A stretch of 62,218 nucleotides of DNA, the filler included. It is 16 parts of 16 records of this genome, joined end to end, with 100 filler letters (N's around TTAATTAATTAA, not from the genome) between each part and the next. Parts side by side here need not be neighbours in the genome. Positions count along the whole stretch, not along the records: positions 1 to 3,751 come from SRR15195285_17250; positions 3,852 to 6,878 come from SRR15195285_17294; positions 6,979 to 10,982 come from SRR15195285_17296; positions 11,083 to 14,805 come from SRR15195285_17349; 12 more parts are not named here. The stretch is one strand, 5' to 3'. This document shows positions 1 through 11,847 of the stretch, piece after piece. Position numbers and translations under genes: made by a program. The notes under the pieces are model-generated. The model searched no databases. It was given only the letters and a program-made list of their open reading frames with translations, and was not told the origin of the DNA. The first letter of the stretch is position 1, and every line of letters begins with the position of its first letter.

Positions 1-101
1 TGAGTACCGTATGTTTGAGTACCATAGCAGAGCGTCGAGTCCATCGCGTGCCCGCCCGCGGCGCGCGCGGCGTCCTGCGGCCCCCGCGCGGTGGAACGGT
101 C

Positions 102-3061
102 ATGCTCTTGCTTCTGCTGCTCGGGGTCTACACTGCCGCTGGCTTTCCGACAGATGACGAGGCTGTGGGGACGGCGGTTATGGTCCACGGCGAGAACCCC
201 GTCGTCGCCGAGTTGCAGGGGGCGGCTGGCAGGCTGGTTTGGGTGCTGGGGCAGAACCTGGCAGCACCATGTGTTCGGCCGGTCGGCATGGATGGCAAGA
301 CCACGGTCAGCAGCGGCCACTGCTTGTCGATCGAGGCGCGCGTGAACGATTCACTGCTCCTCGTGGACCTTGGCCCACCGCCAACGGGCATGCCGTTGGT
401 GCATCGACTGATAGTGGAGACAGCCGTGGGGCAGGCGCTGTCGCCGCCGGTGAATGCGCCTGAACTGCACTACGTCGACCCATACGCACGTCCAGGCGAC
501 ACGGTGGCCGTGGTTGGGCGCCGATTTACCAATTTGCAGCCCAGCGTCGTAATCTCCTGCGATGGGTCTCCGAACATCACGGTAAGTGCCTTCGTGGAAT
601 CTGACACCAGGGCGACGTTCGTCCTGCCAGCCGATGTCAGACCCGGTCATGCTGTAGTGGCATGGTCCGACAGCTCGGGCTTGTGGTACGGGGCGACCAG
701 TGGTGGGCCTGCTGCGGCGACAACTCTGCAGGTTCTCACACCGCTGCCATCTGGAGAAGCCACCGTCGACGCCTCAAAGCCCCCATATTCTGCCAATCCG
801 ACGGGAAATGTGGACGCAACCGATGCGATACTGGCCGCAATCGGTGCCGCACCAGAGGGTGGTACTGTGTTGCTTCCCGCTGGGACGTTCCGACTGAACC
901 CTCCTAAAAATCGCACAGCATTTCCACAGAGTGGTGCCTGCCAGCAGATGACAGCAGCGATCTGCACTGGCCCAAAGCGAGTTACAATAGTCGGCGCTGG
1001 ACAAGACAAGACTAAACTGCTGCTGGGCAACCAGACCTTGGTGAGTAGACAGTCGGTTAGCGTTTTCCTGTGCTGATGCAAGTGGCCAGTCCAGTGAATA
1101 CCCACTACGCACGCTGTGCTGAGCAGGTTGGCTTCTGGGGCTCAGCCATCTCGCTCCGTAATCTTACAATTTCAGACGAGCTGCCTGCCGCTTGCTACAA
1201 CGCCACCAACAAACAGGTGAATCAGAACTGCATGAATGCCACTCTACGCTACAATTCACCGGCACTTTGGAGTATGAATACATGGGGTGCATGGCCCTAC
1301 AATGTCAGTGACGTCTCGTTCACGGACGTGCATTTTATCTCGTCACGGTCTGCCAGTGCATTGCATCTGCGCTACTGCCGCCGTTGCACGGTGCAGAACT
1401 GCCTGATGGATGGAGGCTCCATAGAAGTGGCTGGCCCACTCCAGGATGTGCGAATCCTCAACACAACGGCACAACTGCACGGCCCCGATCCGACACAGCT
1501 TGGCGGAGGCGTTGGAGCTTTTGTGATGGGTGGTGTGGGCGGGAGAATTTCAGGTTTATTGGTTGCCAATAACACACTGGGCGCTTTGTACCCGATCGAG
1601 CAGTCGACTATCTCTGGACGCATCGTCGCCTTGCAGGGCAATGTCGAACACCTCTACGTCTCAAACAACTTGAACCAGCGAGCTGGTCCAGGAGACCAGT
1701 GCCCAGACATGAACCAAGGCGAGCAGCTGCTGTGGGAGAGCGGAGTTGAGTCCCTGAGCAGCGCAAGGGCGGTAGACGACACTAACGCGAGTGTGCTAAA
1801 AGCAGATGGAAAACTTCTGACGGTTCGCTGTGGGTTCGCAACTACCAAACCTTACATCCTTGCAAAGGTTCTAGCTGCGGGCTCCTTGCCTGCTGCCCAG
1901 GACCCTACCGGGGGAATGTTAGCTCGTGGCTGGGGGGGTGACTACGCTCACGCGGGTGCGGCAAGGTTCGGAGGGGTGACAGTTCTGCACGGGGCTGGTG
2001 CCGGGCAGACACGCATGATTCTTGGGGTTGTTCGGCCAGTTGATCCTGACGAGTTCACACTGCAGCTGATGCTGGATCGCGAATGGGGTGTGCCACCGGA
2101 TGATAAGTCTGACATTGTGGTGTGGGGAAGCTGTGTGCACTCCATCGTGGTACGCGACAACAATTTCTACGGAATCCCCAAGCACGTGGAACAAGTCGCG
2201 CACACAGCTACGGTTATGATTCCTATCTGGGGGCGCGCTCACCGGGCAACATACACGAACAATATTGGCAACGATATGAGGGAGACGATGTACTCCATGG
2301 TTGACGGAACCACAACTGGCACATCCTTGACTACCACCGACCATATCATCCGCGACCTTGTTTCTACGCACACCCGAATCGGCCTTGACATCGTGCCCCA
2401 GCCACATAATGATCGGCTGACGATGATCGTTACTATGCTCAACATTACGCTCAGAAACATAGTTGACGCTGCCGTTGGTATTTCACCCTCGGCTTCTGAA
2501 TCAGATCCGACCTCGGGAACGTGTGGAGGACTGGCGATTGATGGCCTGCTCGTTGAGAACGCAAGCATTGGCCTAGCTTCGTATCGGCCTGGGGCGAACC
2601 CGGCATCGCCCTGGTTGAAATACAAAGCAGACTGGAATGGCACAGGCATCGGGGCGCTCCTTATTCGCAACGCACACTTTGCTGGTCCGGGTGGTGAAGG
2701 TTTGTTGCTGACGCAGCCATTGGCACGCGCACGGTTTTCGCGTGTCAATTTCACAGGTTTCACAGCCACATCTAATGGCACCACGCCTGTGATCCCTTAT
2801 GTCCTTACGCCACTCGTCACATCGACCACCACAGAGTGGACCGTCTTGGTCGAAAACGCTGGGCTTACCGATGGAACGCTTGAATTGACCCATCTTGACG
2901 CGGGACTTAAGGCAGAGGCAACAAAGTGGGCATTGAAAGCGGCGTCAGGACCTGTGGGAATCCAGATCTCTGGACACGCTGGTGGGTGTGGGATCATCTC
3001 GGGTGGCGGGGCTGAAGCCCGCTTTTGCTGCACCAAAGCTAGAGATTTTCAAAGCAATTAA
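102..3061 (+). CDS. Secreted right-handed beta-helix (pectate_lyase_3/GH55-like) polysaccharide-active protein; exons 102-1040, 1127-3061
   Basis: Signal peptide MLLLLLLGVYTAAG. An IPT/TIG-like segment (ARPGDTVAVVGRRF). Beta-helix N-terminal motif ANPTGNVDATDAILAAIGAAPEGGTVLLPAGTF...VTIVGAGQDKTKL. Phase-0 intron 1041-1126 (GTGAGT...GCTGAGCAG) joins two long ORFs. Confidence 0.75.
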
Positions 3062-3160
3062 CTATGCTTTGTTGACACTGGTTCATTGTCCACGAACGCG
3101 TCCTCCCTCGCCTCCCACCTAAGATAGGCCCGGCGTTAATAGAGTGTCCTAGGCGCATTA

Positions 3161-3751
3161 CTAGTGTGTCATTCTGTCACATTTGAATACAGGGTCGGAC
3201 AGTTTGAATATCAGTTCTAGGGTTAGACGCTTCGTATCATTGTGCTCCAGGCGCGAGTAGTGCCCGATCAAATCCTTGAATTGCTGGTAGCGTGCGTCAC
3301 CGAAGTGAACGTTGTTGGCGTACCCTTCATCACGAACAGATGGATTGCTCAGAGGACCACTGTCTCCGCGCGCGGGAAGACTGGTAGAACGATGCAGCAA
3401 GAAAGACAGTCGGTGAGTGCATACACGAAACGCAATGTGGCTTCGCGGCTTTGTTGTGCTGTGATGTGTACGTAGGCCAACTCGCGTCTTTATCGTGCCC
3501 AAGTACTGCACCATAATGCGGTCGCAAAGAGACAACAGCGGTCGAGACCACCCGCTGGGTGCACGAGTCCTGCACGGTACTGCTAGTGTACTATCGTCTG
3601 AATTTCGTGTGCAGACCAATGCTCGCGGTCACACGAGCTATCGTTAGCATCGCCTGCATGACGATGGACCAAAAACGAAATTTGGGTGCATCGTTGCGCA
3701 CAACCTGGAGGAGTGGTATGAGCGCTGAAGTGAAGTGCCGGAACGAATTGA
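3161..3751 (-). CDS. Possible 3' exons of an unidentified gene, truncated by the contig end
   Basis: Protein-like stretches FRHFTSALIPLLQVVRNDAPKFRFWSIVMQAML and DEGYANNVHFGDARYQQFKDLIGHYSRLE...MTH*. No family recognised and splicing unresolved. Confidence 0.25.
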
Positions 3752-3851
3752 NNNNNNNNNNNNNNNNNNNNNNNNNNNNNNNNNNNNNNNNNNNNTTAAT
3801 TAATTAANNNNNNNNNNNNNNNNNNNNNNNNNNNNNNNNNNNNNNNNNNNN
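3752..3851. other. Artificial contig-joining spacer (44 N + TTAATTAATTAA + 44 N), first of 15
   Basis: Identical 100-bp spacers, with stops in all six frames, also at 6879-6978, 10983-11082, 14806-14905, 18238-18337, 22407-22506, 27298-27397, 30997-31096, 35302-35401, 38832-38931, 42797-42896, 45979-46078, 50274-50373, 54023-54122 and 59113-59212. Confidence 0.99.
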
Positions 3852-3861
3852 CAGCTGCACC

Positions 3862-6800
3862 TCAAAAAGTACAACGCGTGCATAAGTGGCTCACAGCATG
3901 GAGATAACCCGCTCCACTCATCGGTGGCGCGCTCGTATCGACGTTGTCAGTCTCCAGCGAGTCTTGCATGCTGTGGAAAAACGCTGCCGCTGCCTCCACA
4001 ATGCACTGTACAAGTGCTGCATTCACTCCCCACGAGAGAGCCACTGTCAGGTCCGGGTGGGTGGCCGACACGGCCTGCTGCTGTCGCAGAAGTGCCAACC
4101 CGCTGACACGCCGCATCTCACTGATGAAGCGCTTGCCGATGTCATCCTCGACATCAGAGCACAGGTCATGAGCATCGCTTGGGTCCAGCAGCATAGAGAC
4201 CTCATCCTCCAGCTCGTCAAGCCCAGTAAGACCTTCGACCGCCGCGGTGCTGAGGATCATCGGGCTGAGGCAACTGAGCATGGCCAGCATTGATTTGCCG
4301 ATGCAAGGGAAAACGTCCTGCTCCAGCAAACTCACTATGCTCGCGTCTGCCCCGCCGGCTGCTCCAGATGCGGTAGCACTGACCGCCTCAACCCAGGTAC
4401 TCACTGCTTTGGCTGTAGCGTCCAAAAGTGACTGCAGTGATGCCTCATTCGGGCTAGCACCGCACTGGACAACCTCTTTCAGCATCGCGTGCGCGGCAAT
4501 TGCTTGAGGCACCATAGCCTTCACAAGCTCGCTGCACGGGGTAATCTGCGACTGCAGTGCACGTCTGACTCCAGGTACAACCTCTCGTGTACAGAACGTG
4601 CGTACAGACGCACTGAGAATTGCCTCCAGCTGATCCTGCGCGTGTGTCTCGTGTTGAAGCAGCGCATCCATTGTGGCTGGGTGCATTAACAGGCTCTCTG
4701 CCTGCTGGTGCAGCGCAGTGACCTCCCGCTCCCAGCTCGCCCATGTCTTATCACATTCCTGCTCGACAATGGCGAGCACTGCGTGCTGCAAAGCCTCTCG
4801 AGCCTGATCCTGCGCCTCAGCTGGGACAGCCTTGAGGTGATGGTCGATGAACCCGGCCAGGCCATCCAAAGCGCGCGCATAGCACAGGTCGTCTAGTGCA
4901 TACTCTGCAACTGCCATCTCTTCGTAAGGCAAACCTTGCTCGTCCTTTTGCCGCTTGTACACACGCATCATCGCGCGCTGCAACAGCACCTCCTCCGCGT
5001 CCATCTCGCCGAAGCGCATGGCAAAGATAGCAGTCTGGATATCCTCCACCCAGCCGAGCTGATCTTCCTCCGTCTCAGCTTGCAGGAAGTAGGCCTGATC
5101 CTTGGCCGCCTGCGTCGCATCAGTTACACCATCCCAAACTTTGATGGAATAAGGGCGCTCTGGGTGCCAACTAGGAGTCACCCGCCAGCGCGGGCCAAGC
5201 GGCACACGTCCCTGCGGCTCGTCCGTCTCGCTATTTGCTTCTGGCTTGTAGTAGTGCAGCTGCGCCTTATCGGACAGCTCAAATAGCCGTGGCTCCCACT
5301 GGTGTCGCATGCCCGTCGATTCCTTTTGAAGCAATCCCAACCTTGTCGGGGACGCGATCGCGAACACTGGCTCCTCCTCATCGTCGAAGTCAGCCGGTTC
5401 GCTGCCAGCGGCGCCAATGCCGCTCATGGCGGCAGCCTGCATCTGCTTGCGCATGCCTTTCATGAACTTACCGGCCTTTTTGGCTGATACTACCGACGAT
5501 GCTCCAACGTCAGCTGATGACGCCTTGGCCGTCGGCGACGTCTTTGGCGCACCATCAATGCTTGCTTGAATATCGGCCACCCATAGATCTCTCAATTCCT
5601 CTGTATCTGCATCGAAGTGCAGGCGGTTTTGGTGATCATTTTTCTTGTGCACCCTAAATACGAAGCCACCATCTTTGGCGCTTGAGCCAACTCGGACAAG
5701 GGCGCCGGTCCCGTCGACGTCCGCTGGACTGCAGCCAGACCTGAGTTCATCTATGCCGACATGCCATGTGCTGTCCAGTGCGACATTGCCACGATCGACA
5801 GTGTCAGTCTCATACTTGCTCCATGAGAGCACACCTCCGCCAAGCTTCAGGTATCGCGGCTGCCAGATGTGGCGGACGCCGGCCTCCTTTTTGATCGTTC
5901 CACTACGGTTCGGAAGTCCACTGCCATCTGCCGAAGCTGCTGGGGTCGTTGCAGTGGAGCTTGCACGCGGGGATGCCTGAGTTGCTGCCCTCCCAGGTTG
6001 TGGAGCTGCCACTGACGGCGGTAGGCCAAGTGCATTCACCGGCGGCGCAGGTGCAGGCGCGGGAGGAGCAGCGAACATTCCCAAGAGGTCAGTGCCTGCA
6101 GGCTCAGAAGCCGCTGGAGCAGCGGCGGCGGCGGCCGGGCCCGGGGCAGGTCTGTCCCACGTTGTCTCCTTGGTAGCTTGGTTGTAGTAGAAGCTTTTGC
6201 CCGGGTACTGCGACGACTCCTTTTTCTCCCAGCCGGGCGGAAGGGGTTGCTCGGCCTTCGGGGCCTCCTTTACACCAACCGCAGCCGCCGCGGCTGCGGC
6301 CTGCTCCATCGCAGCCTTAGCAGCCTTGGCCTTGCCCATCATACCGCGGCCGCCCATCTTGCCTTTTTTCCCGCTCTTCGGGCTCCCACCGGGCGCAGCA
6401 GCTGGTGCGGCAGCTGGGACAGCGGGATCGTTCGCAGCAGCTGGTTTATCCCAAGTTGTGGTATTCGTGGCCGCGTGGAAGTAGAAGAAGCGGCCAGCGT
6501 ACTGCTTTGACTCCTTCTTCACCCAACCAGCGGGTAGGTCGTCAACGGCTGCAGCGGGAGGTCCGCCAGCAAGCCCACCTAGGAAGTCGACCCCATTCGG
6601 TGCCGCAGCTGCTGGCGCCGCTGCAGGGGCAGCGACGCCGATCAGCCCAAACGGATCTGCAGGAGCCGCAGTTGGCGCGGCGAGCATGCCGAATGGGTCT
6701 GGAGGGGCGACGGCAGGAGGTTGCGGTGCGGCCATGACGGCGGCGCACGGATCAGTGGCTACTGGTGGAGCAGCCACCGAGCCGCCGAGTAGATCAAAAC

Positions 6801-6878
6801 CGCCCGAGGCAGGTGCCGGTACAGGTGCGGCCCCGAGTAGATCGAAGCCGCCTCCGACTGCTGGGGCAGCCGTGCTCG
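3862..6878 (-). CDS. WW-WW-PH-PH protein with a Niban/FAM129-like helical C-terminus (5'-partial)
   Basis: WW domains LPAGWVKKESKQYAGRFFYFHAATNTTTWDKP and LPPGWEKKESSQYPGKSFYYNQATKETTWDRP. PH domains RSGTIKKEAGVRHIWQPRYL...LWVADIQ and LGLLQKESTGMRHQWEPRLF...GWVEDIQ. DPF and FDLLG motifs in an Ala/Pro-rich N-terminus. The ORF stays open to the contig edge. Confidence 0.8.
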
Positions 6879-7081
6879 NNNNNNNNNNNNNNNNNNNNNN
6901 NNNNNNNNNNNNNNNNNNNNNNTTAATTAATTAANNNNNNNNNNNNNNNNNNNNNNNNNNNNNNNNNNNNNNNNNNNNGTTACGAGTGGCTCAGTTGCAT
7001 AAGTCGTACTACATTACCATCTGAGCATCAGCGATAAAACGTATTTTTGTAGCCCACACTGGCAGAACGATGATTGTTGGG

Positions 7082-10000
7082 CTATCCCATATCGTTTCCT
7101 GCGAGGCGCGCGATCGTTTGTTGGTTTTGAAGCAGTCTCTCAATCATTTCAGATAGTGGACTTTCTGGTGTTGTAGCATTCATCATATCCACTCCTTCAG
7201 TCTGGCGCAAGGGATCGTTTAAAGCCATCGGAAGCGGTGCGACTCCGCTACCTATAGGGTGCACTTTGTCAGCACTGCCACTCAATTTGGAACTGTTTGC
7301 GCCCTCGAGGCGGGCAGCATGATGCTTATCCACCGCTGCCTGGGTTTCTTGCCCCGTTGGCAGCTGAGGAGTGTCGTCGTCATCAACCTTTGCCTGTATC
7401 CTTGCCATTCGGTACTCCAGTGCTGCAAAGCGGCTCGCCAACGGCTGCCACGCCGCGTAGTTTGGGTCTCTATCTGAGACATATGCAGTCTTGAACTCGT
7501 CGAACAGCTTCGCGATATCCTGGTGGCGTTCAAAAAATGCACCTACAAACTCTGCCCACACCCCACCGCCTTGGTCACTGCTGGCGTATTCATCAGCCTC
7601 CACCGCAGCATCGACTTGGCGTTGAGTAGCAGCCATGCTGCTGCTGCCGTGGGTGTCGGAGGCGCCGGGATGCATCATCCGCACACCAAGTCTCACCAGG
7701 TTCCCGACGCGATGTAGTCGATTGATCGCGTTGTGTGAGCGGCTCACGGCTTCCTGAGCCTCCGTGTTCAGCACCTCAGCGTCTGGTGTGCGGATGTGGG
7801 CATATCTCAGGGTACCAATGGTGAGAGCACGGTCCGGCACTGCAATCCGTGCCCACCGCTCTCTCCACATCTCCTCTCGGCGCATTTGCGACTTGGCCTG
7901 CGTGACCATCTATCACACGAGCATCACTTAATGCCGATTCTGCAGAACTTTCTACTAGAGTAGTATCAGTAATACTAGTCAGTGACGCACCTTCGGGTTA
8001 TCGGTGAACAGCACATCTGTCTTGATGACTGTATCGAATTTCCGACGCATGTACTCACTGTGCTCGATGCTGGCGTCCCACGAGGCCTCTGTGTGGAATG
8101 TAACCTCAAACCGCAAGCCGTGCCGGACCGCCAGGAATCGCGCGTTGACAGCCCCAAACTTCTCCAAGTCATCCCACCAGTTATTTACCGCATAAATCTC
8201 GTAATCACTGTCGCCTGCAATGTTTCGAAGGAAGCCGTTGACTATCGTGGAGTAGAGCTGTTCGTTGCAGCAGACAATCTTGTACTTGAGCGGTGGGTAC
8301 TCCAGCTCCAATTCCCGAAGTTTATCCCGTACCGTTGCTTCATCTGGAATCAGTTTGTCTCCCGACTTGGTCATCAAGTCGTTTGTCACCGTCTTTCAAA
8401 CAAGGGTTGCGCGCATGTTAGCTTAGATGGCGCAGACTTCTAGCCTCGCTCCTGCAGGAATGTTTGGGCGGTTTGACTCACTCCATCGGGGCTCCTGGGC
8501 GGCTTAATGTCGAAAGACGCGACTCGTTGCTGATCTCCTAATTTCACTCCGACTCCGACTTTTCCAAATGATTGATCGCTCAAAGTTGCAGCACGACGAC
8601 GATGTACACTCGTAGTTTGGGCTGGCTGACTGGATTCTGACGTCGAACTACTGGTGGCTTCTATCTGATTCGACTCAGTATTGCCGTCGTCGATGTCGAT
8701 GGCTACCTCGTCTTCCTGTTCGGGTAAGTCCGTCTGGATAAATGAGTCTACCAGCTGTCGCAACATCGACAGCTGTGCACGAACTGCACTCCTCTTTTCT
8801 TTCTGATCGCAGGTTCCGCCTGAGAACTCGCAACAAAAACGCATTAGTGTTGATTCAGTGACGATGCAATCTTCGAAATTCCTCACCTGGGCCGTGCTTG
8901 TGCATCAAGTAGACCATGAGCGCACCGATCTCCGCCTCTGCCCTCACTGCACGGCTGTGCAGCTCATCAACGTGGTACCGACATATGTGTTCCAATGCTT
9001 TCCTGTGTTTGATCGCTGCAGTCTCTTCCTCACTCAGCTTTGATAGGTCAAACTCGAGCTTCTGCTGCACGACCTGTGGGATCTCGAGCACATTCTCTGG
9101 CACAGGGACCATGTCCCACATGCTTACCATTTCCTCCCAGTACTGCATCATTTTGCGACTGTCTTTCGCAGCCCGAAACTTGGCGTACGACGAATGGCAC
9201 TCCTCGTCCTTCATGGTGAGCGATTCGGGCGTGTGAAACTGAAGCTCGAACGCCTGCCCTGACGGAGCGACGAACACGGCGTTGATGCCCTGGTAGCCAT
9301 CCCCAGGACCCCAGTAGTTTTTGACGCGGTGCTGTTTGTAACCGTGCTCCTTTAGCGCGTGAATCATCTCTCGAACTGATGAAGTGTACCGTCTTGTCGG
9401 AAACACCACAGTGTAGCGCAGAATGTCAAGGATTGTTTTGAGAATCTCTGCAGGCGTAGGCGGCGCTGTTCGCGAGAAAGCGGCCTGAACGCCGTTGACG
9501 CACGGTTGTTAGTGCTGCGTGTGAGTGGCGTGTGTCACAATTCGACCGTCACTCACCTCGGCCGTGCCTTTGTCTAGCCGCGCCATAACTTTGCGAAATA
9601 AAGAGGCCTGTGTCTTGAAGCGGTAATCTAGACCACGCATTTCGCCGTTGTGCAGCTGTGCGAAGCCCTTCAACTTTACCGTGATCGCTATCTCCTCCTC
9701 CCGAACATCGCGCAGAGTCTGCTTGATCGCTTGCTTTGCATTTTTCTCATTCTCGTCATCGTTTTGAACAAACATCGCGGTGACAGCCAGCTTGTTGCGG
9801 AACGAAGAGGTGCGCAGTGTTTTCCACATGTTCCGTGTTTTGCCTTGTTCTGGCTTCAGCGCTGAGCAGGACTCCGCCGTTTCTCCCTCTGCCAGTGAGT
9901 TTCGAATCTCTAACTCAACTACGCTGCGCCGACGCGACGTCGAACCTGCACGTTTTTGCCGTCTCACTGTGCCCGGGGTGGGCGAACCGTCGCTCGTCTG

Positions 10001-10799
10001 AGGGGAAGCTCCCGGTGTCTGACCGTCGACCGCACGTGGAGAGGGATTCCGTTCATACTCATCAAGGGCCATGGCAACGACCGAAACGAGTGCCCCAGGC
10101 TTTGGTTTGGACAGCTCCTTCTTGATCTCTGGTAGCTCGACGGTGAGCGCCACGTCCCCTCCATCGGTGTCCTTTACAACGATCGACGCGGCCAGAGCTG
10201 CGTCCACTGATGTCGACGAGCGGTAGGTGATGAGGCACCACGACCTGCTGGGTGCCGATTTGCGGCGCACAAATACGCGCCGAATCTCACCAAACTGGCT
10301 GAAATGCACCCGGATCGCAGACTCACTATTGCTCGTCTCCGGAATATTGCCACACCAGATTGCCATCGGCCGCGAACCGGCGAGACCTGCTCTCTCTAAC
10401 TCGCCCGCGCGCTCGAGCAGAGCGGTGCCATCCGCCGCGCTGTCCCCGCTAGTCGTCATGCAGGACAGCGCCGACTCCGCCGAGGGGCTTCTGCAGTACG
10501 CGAACAAAGGGAAATGAGACAAAATCGAAGCGACTCGAAGCACGCGCAAGGGAGCATTGTGGGGAGCAGACGATGGTCTCAGCTCACCCAGCGTACGCCA
10601 CCGACCGACCCACCAGCGACCCACTCTGTGGTCCAGACTCCAGCGGTGGACCAGAAGCTTTCTCTCCAGTGATCACTTGCTCGGTCGGTGGCGGCTCGTC
10701 TCTGGGGCTGCCGCTGGTCCCTGGCAGGTCCAGCGGAGCGGGCCGCGCGACCTTCACAGCACTCAGCTTCATCGGCGGCGCGACGCTCTGTAGTTCCAT
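7082..10799 (-). CDS. RRM + RelA/SpoT-like (p)ppNpp synthetase domain + degenerate second synthetase domain, 1103 aa; exons 10588-10799, 9557-10490, 8887-9484, 8482-8819, 7991-8392, 7082-7909
   Basis: Five GT-AG introns (97, 72, 67, 89, 81 nt) all join in frame, giving 3312 nt. RRM: IWCGNIP...HFSQFGEIRRVFV...WCLITY. Synthetase motifs RFKTQASLFRK, DILRYT, KNYW, YQGIN, FELQFHTPES, HSSY. Second copy: VRAQLSMLRQ, LKYK, NNWW, FGAVN, FEVTFHTEAS, HSEY. Confidence 0.85.
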
Positions 10800-11082
10800 C
10801 GAAGACCACCACTGCTGCCACCACCACACGCCGCCGCCGGCTCAAGTCGTGAGCGAAGGCATCGCGACGATCCCACCGCAGTGCGCACCGGCCACCAGCC
10901 ACCGGCCACCGGCGCGCGGCGGTCCGGCGCTCAGTCACTGCTCGCTCAGCTGCGTGACAAATTGCAATTCAGAATTCCACATNNNNNNNNNNNNNNNNNN
11001 NNNNNNNNNNNNNNNNNNNNNNNNNNTTAATTAATTAANNNNNNNNNNNNNNNNNNNNNNNNNNNNNNNNNNNNNNNNNNNN

Positions 11083-11312
11083 GAGAGGCAGAATGCCTCT
11101 ACTGAGGCATTTGGGAAAGGATCCAGATGGCCGCAGTCTGGGGCAGTCATGGTGAACCCATTGCAGACGGGGTCCACGCCAGCTGCCAGCAAGCCAATGC
11201 ATACGACTGTGTAAGCTACCACGAACAGCACTAGCAAAGCTTTGAGGGCGCTCCAGACCCACATCAGTCGGCTCTGCCCATCCTGGTAAATTGCTGCGGC
11301 CAGATTCGACAT
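11083..11312 (-). CDS. Membrane protein fragment (3'-truncated), unknown function
   Basis: Open frame running into the spacer with a hydrophobic helix, ALKALLVLFVVAYTVVCIGLLAAG. Start and upstream exons are uncertain. Confidence 0.35.
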
Positions 11313-11847
11313 AATGGAGTGCGTGCGGCGTCCGTGCGGTCCCACAGGCCTCTGGTCGACAAGAACAGTCAGCGGTTAGTGTGTTATCCCCACGCACAGG
11401 CAATGCACACACACACCACGCAGTACGTGCGGCACCTCGCTGTCGCGGTGTCCCCCCACGAGGGTCGACCAGCGAGTCAGTCGTACATGATCATGTAGGA
11501 TAGGGTGACCTCACAGGCTGGGTCAGCCGGATTCAATCCTCAATACTGTAGAGTCAAAACAATGCTAAGCGGTTAGGGTGTAATCCCCCGAGAAAAAGCG
11601 ATTTTAGAGGTTAGGCGCCCATTAATCGAATGAATATCAGCGGCGACCAAGCGGCGTGGACCGGCGGCGTGCATGGTGCGGTTGATTGACGGCTGACGGC
11701 TGAGCCGCGTGGTGTTGCCGTTCGGCAGTTCATTACGTGGCGTATGAAGCACAGCTAGCATCGCACGCCTTTTCTAGCGAGGGTACCCGCCAGTACGGCG
11801 TGTAGAAGCGTGGCGGTGGATTCGGAATGCGGACCACGCGCTGATCG

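Noticed and set aside
3796-3807. Regularly recurring TTAATTAATTAA as a biological repeat or CRISPR-like array
   Set aside because: Always centred in 44+44 N; it is an assembly concatenation linker.
8820-8886. Programmed frameshift in the synthetase gene at KHGP/VRNFED
   Set aside because: A canonical 67-nt GTGAGG...CTAAT...CTCAG intron restores the frame and gives a better alignment to domain 1.
11572-11580. TTAGGG telomere-like word
   Set aside because: Isolated single copy, not tandem.
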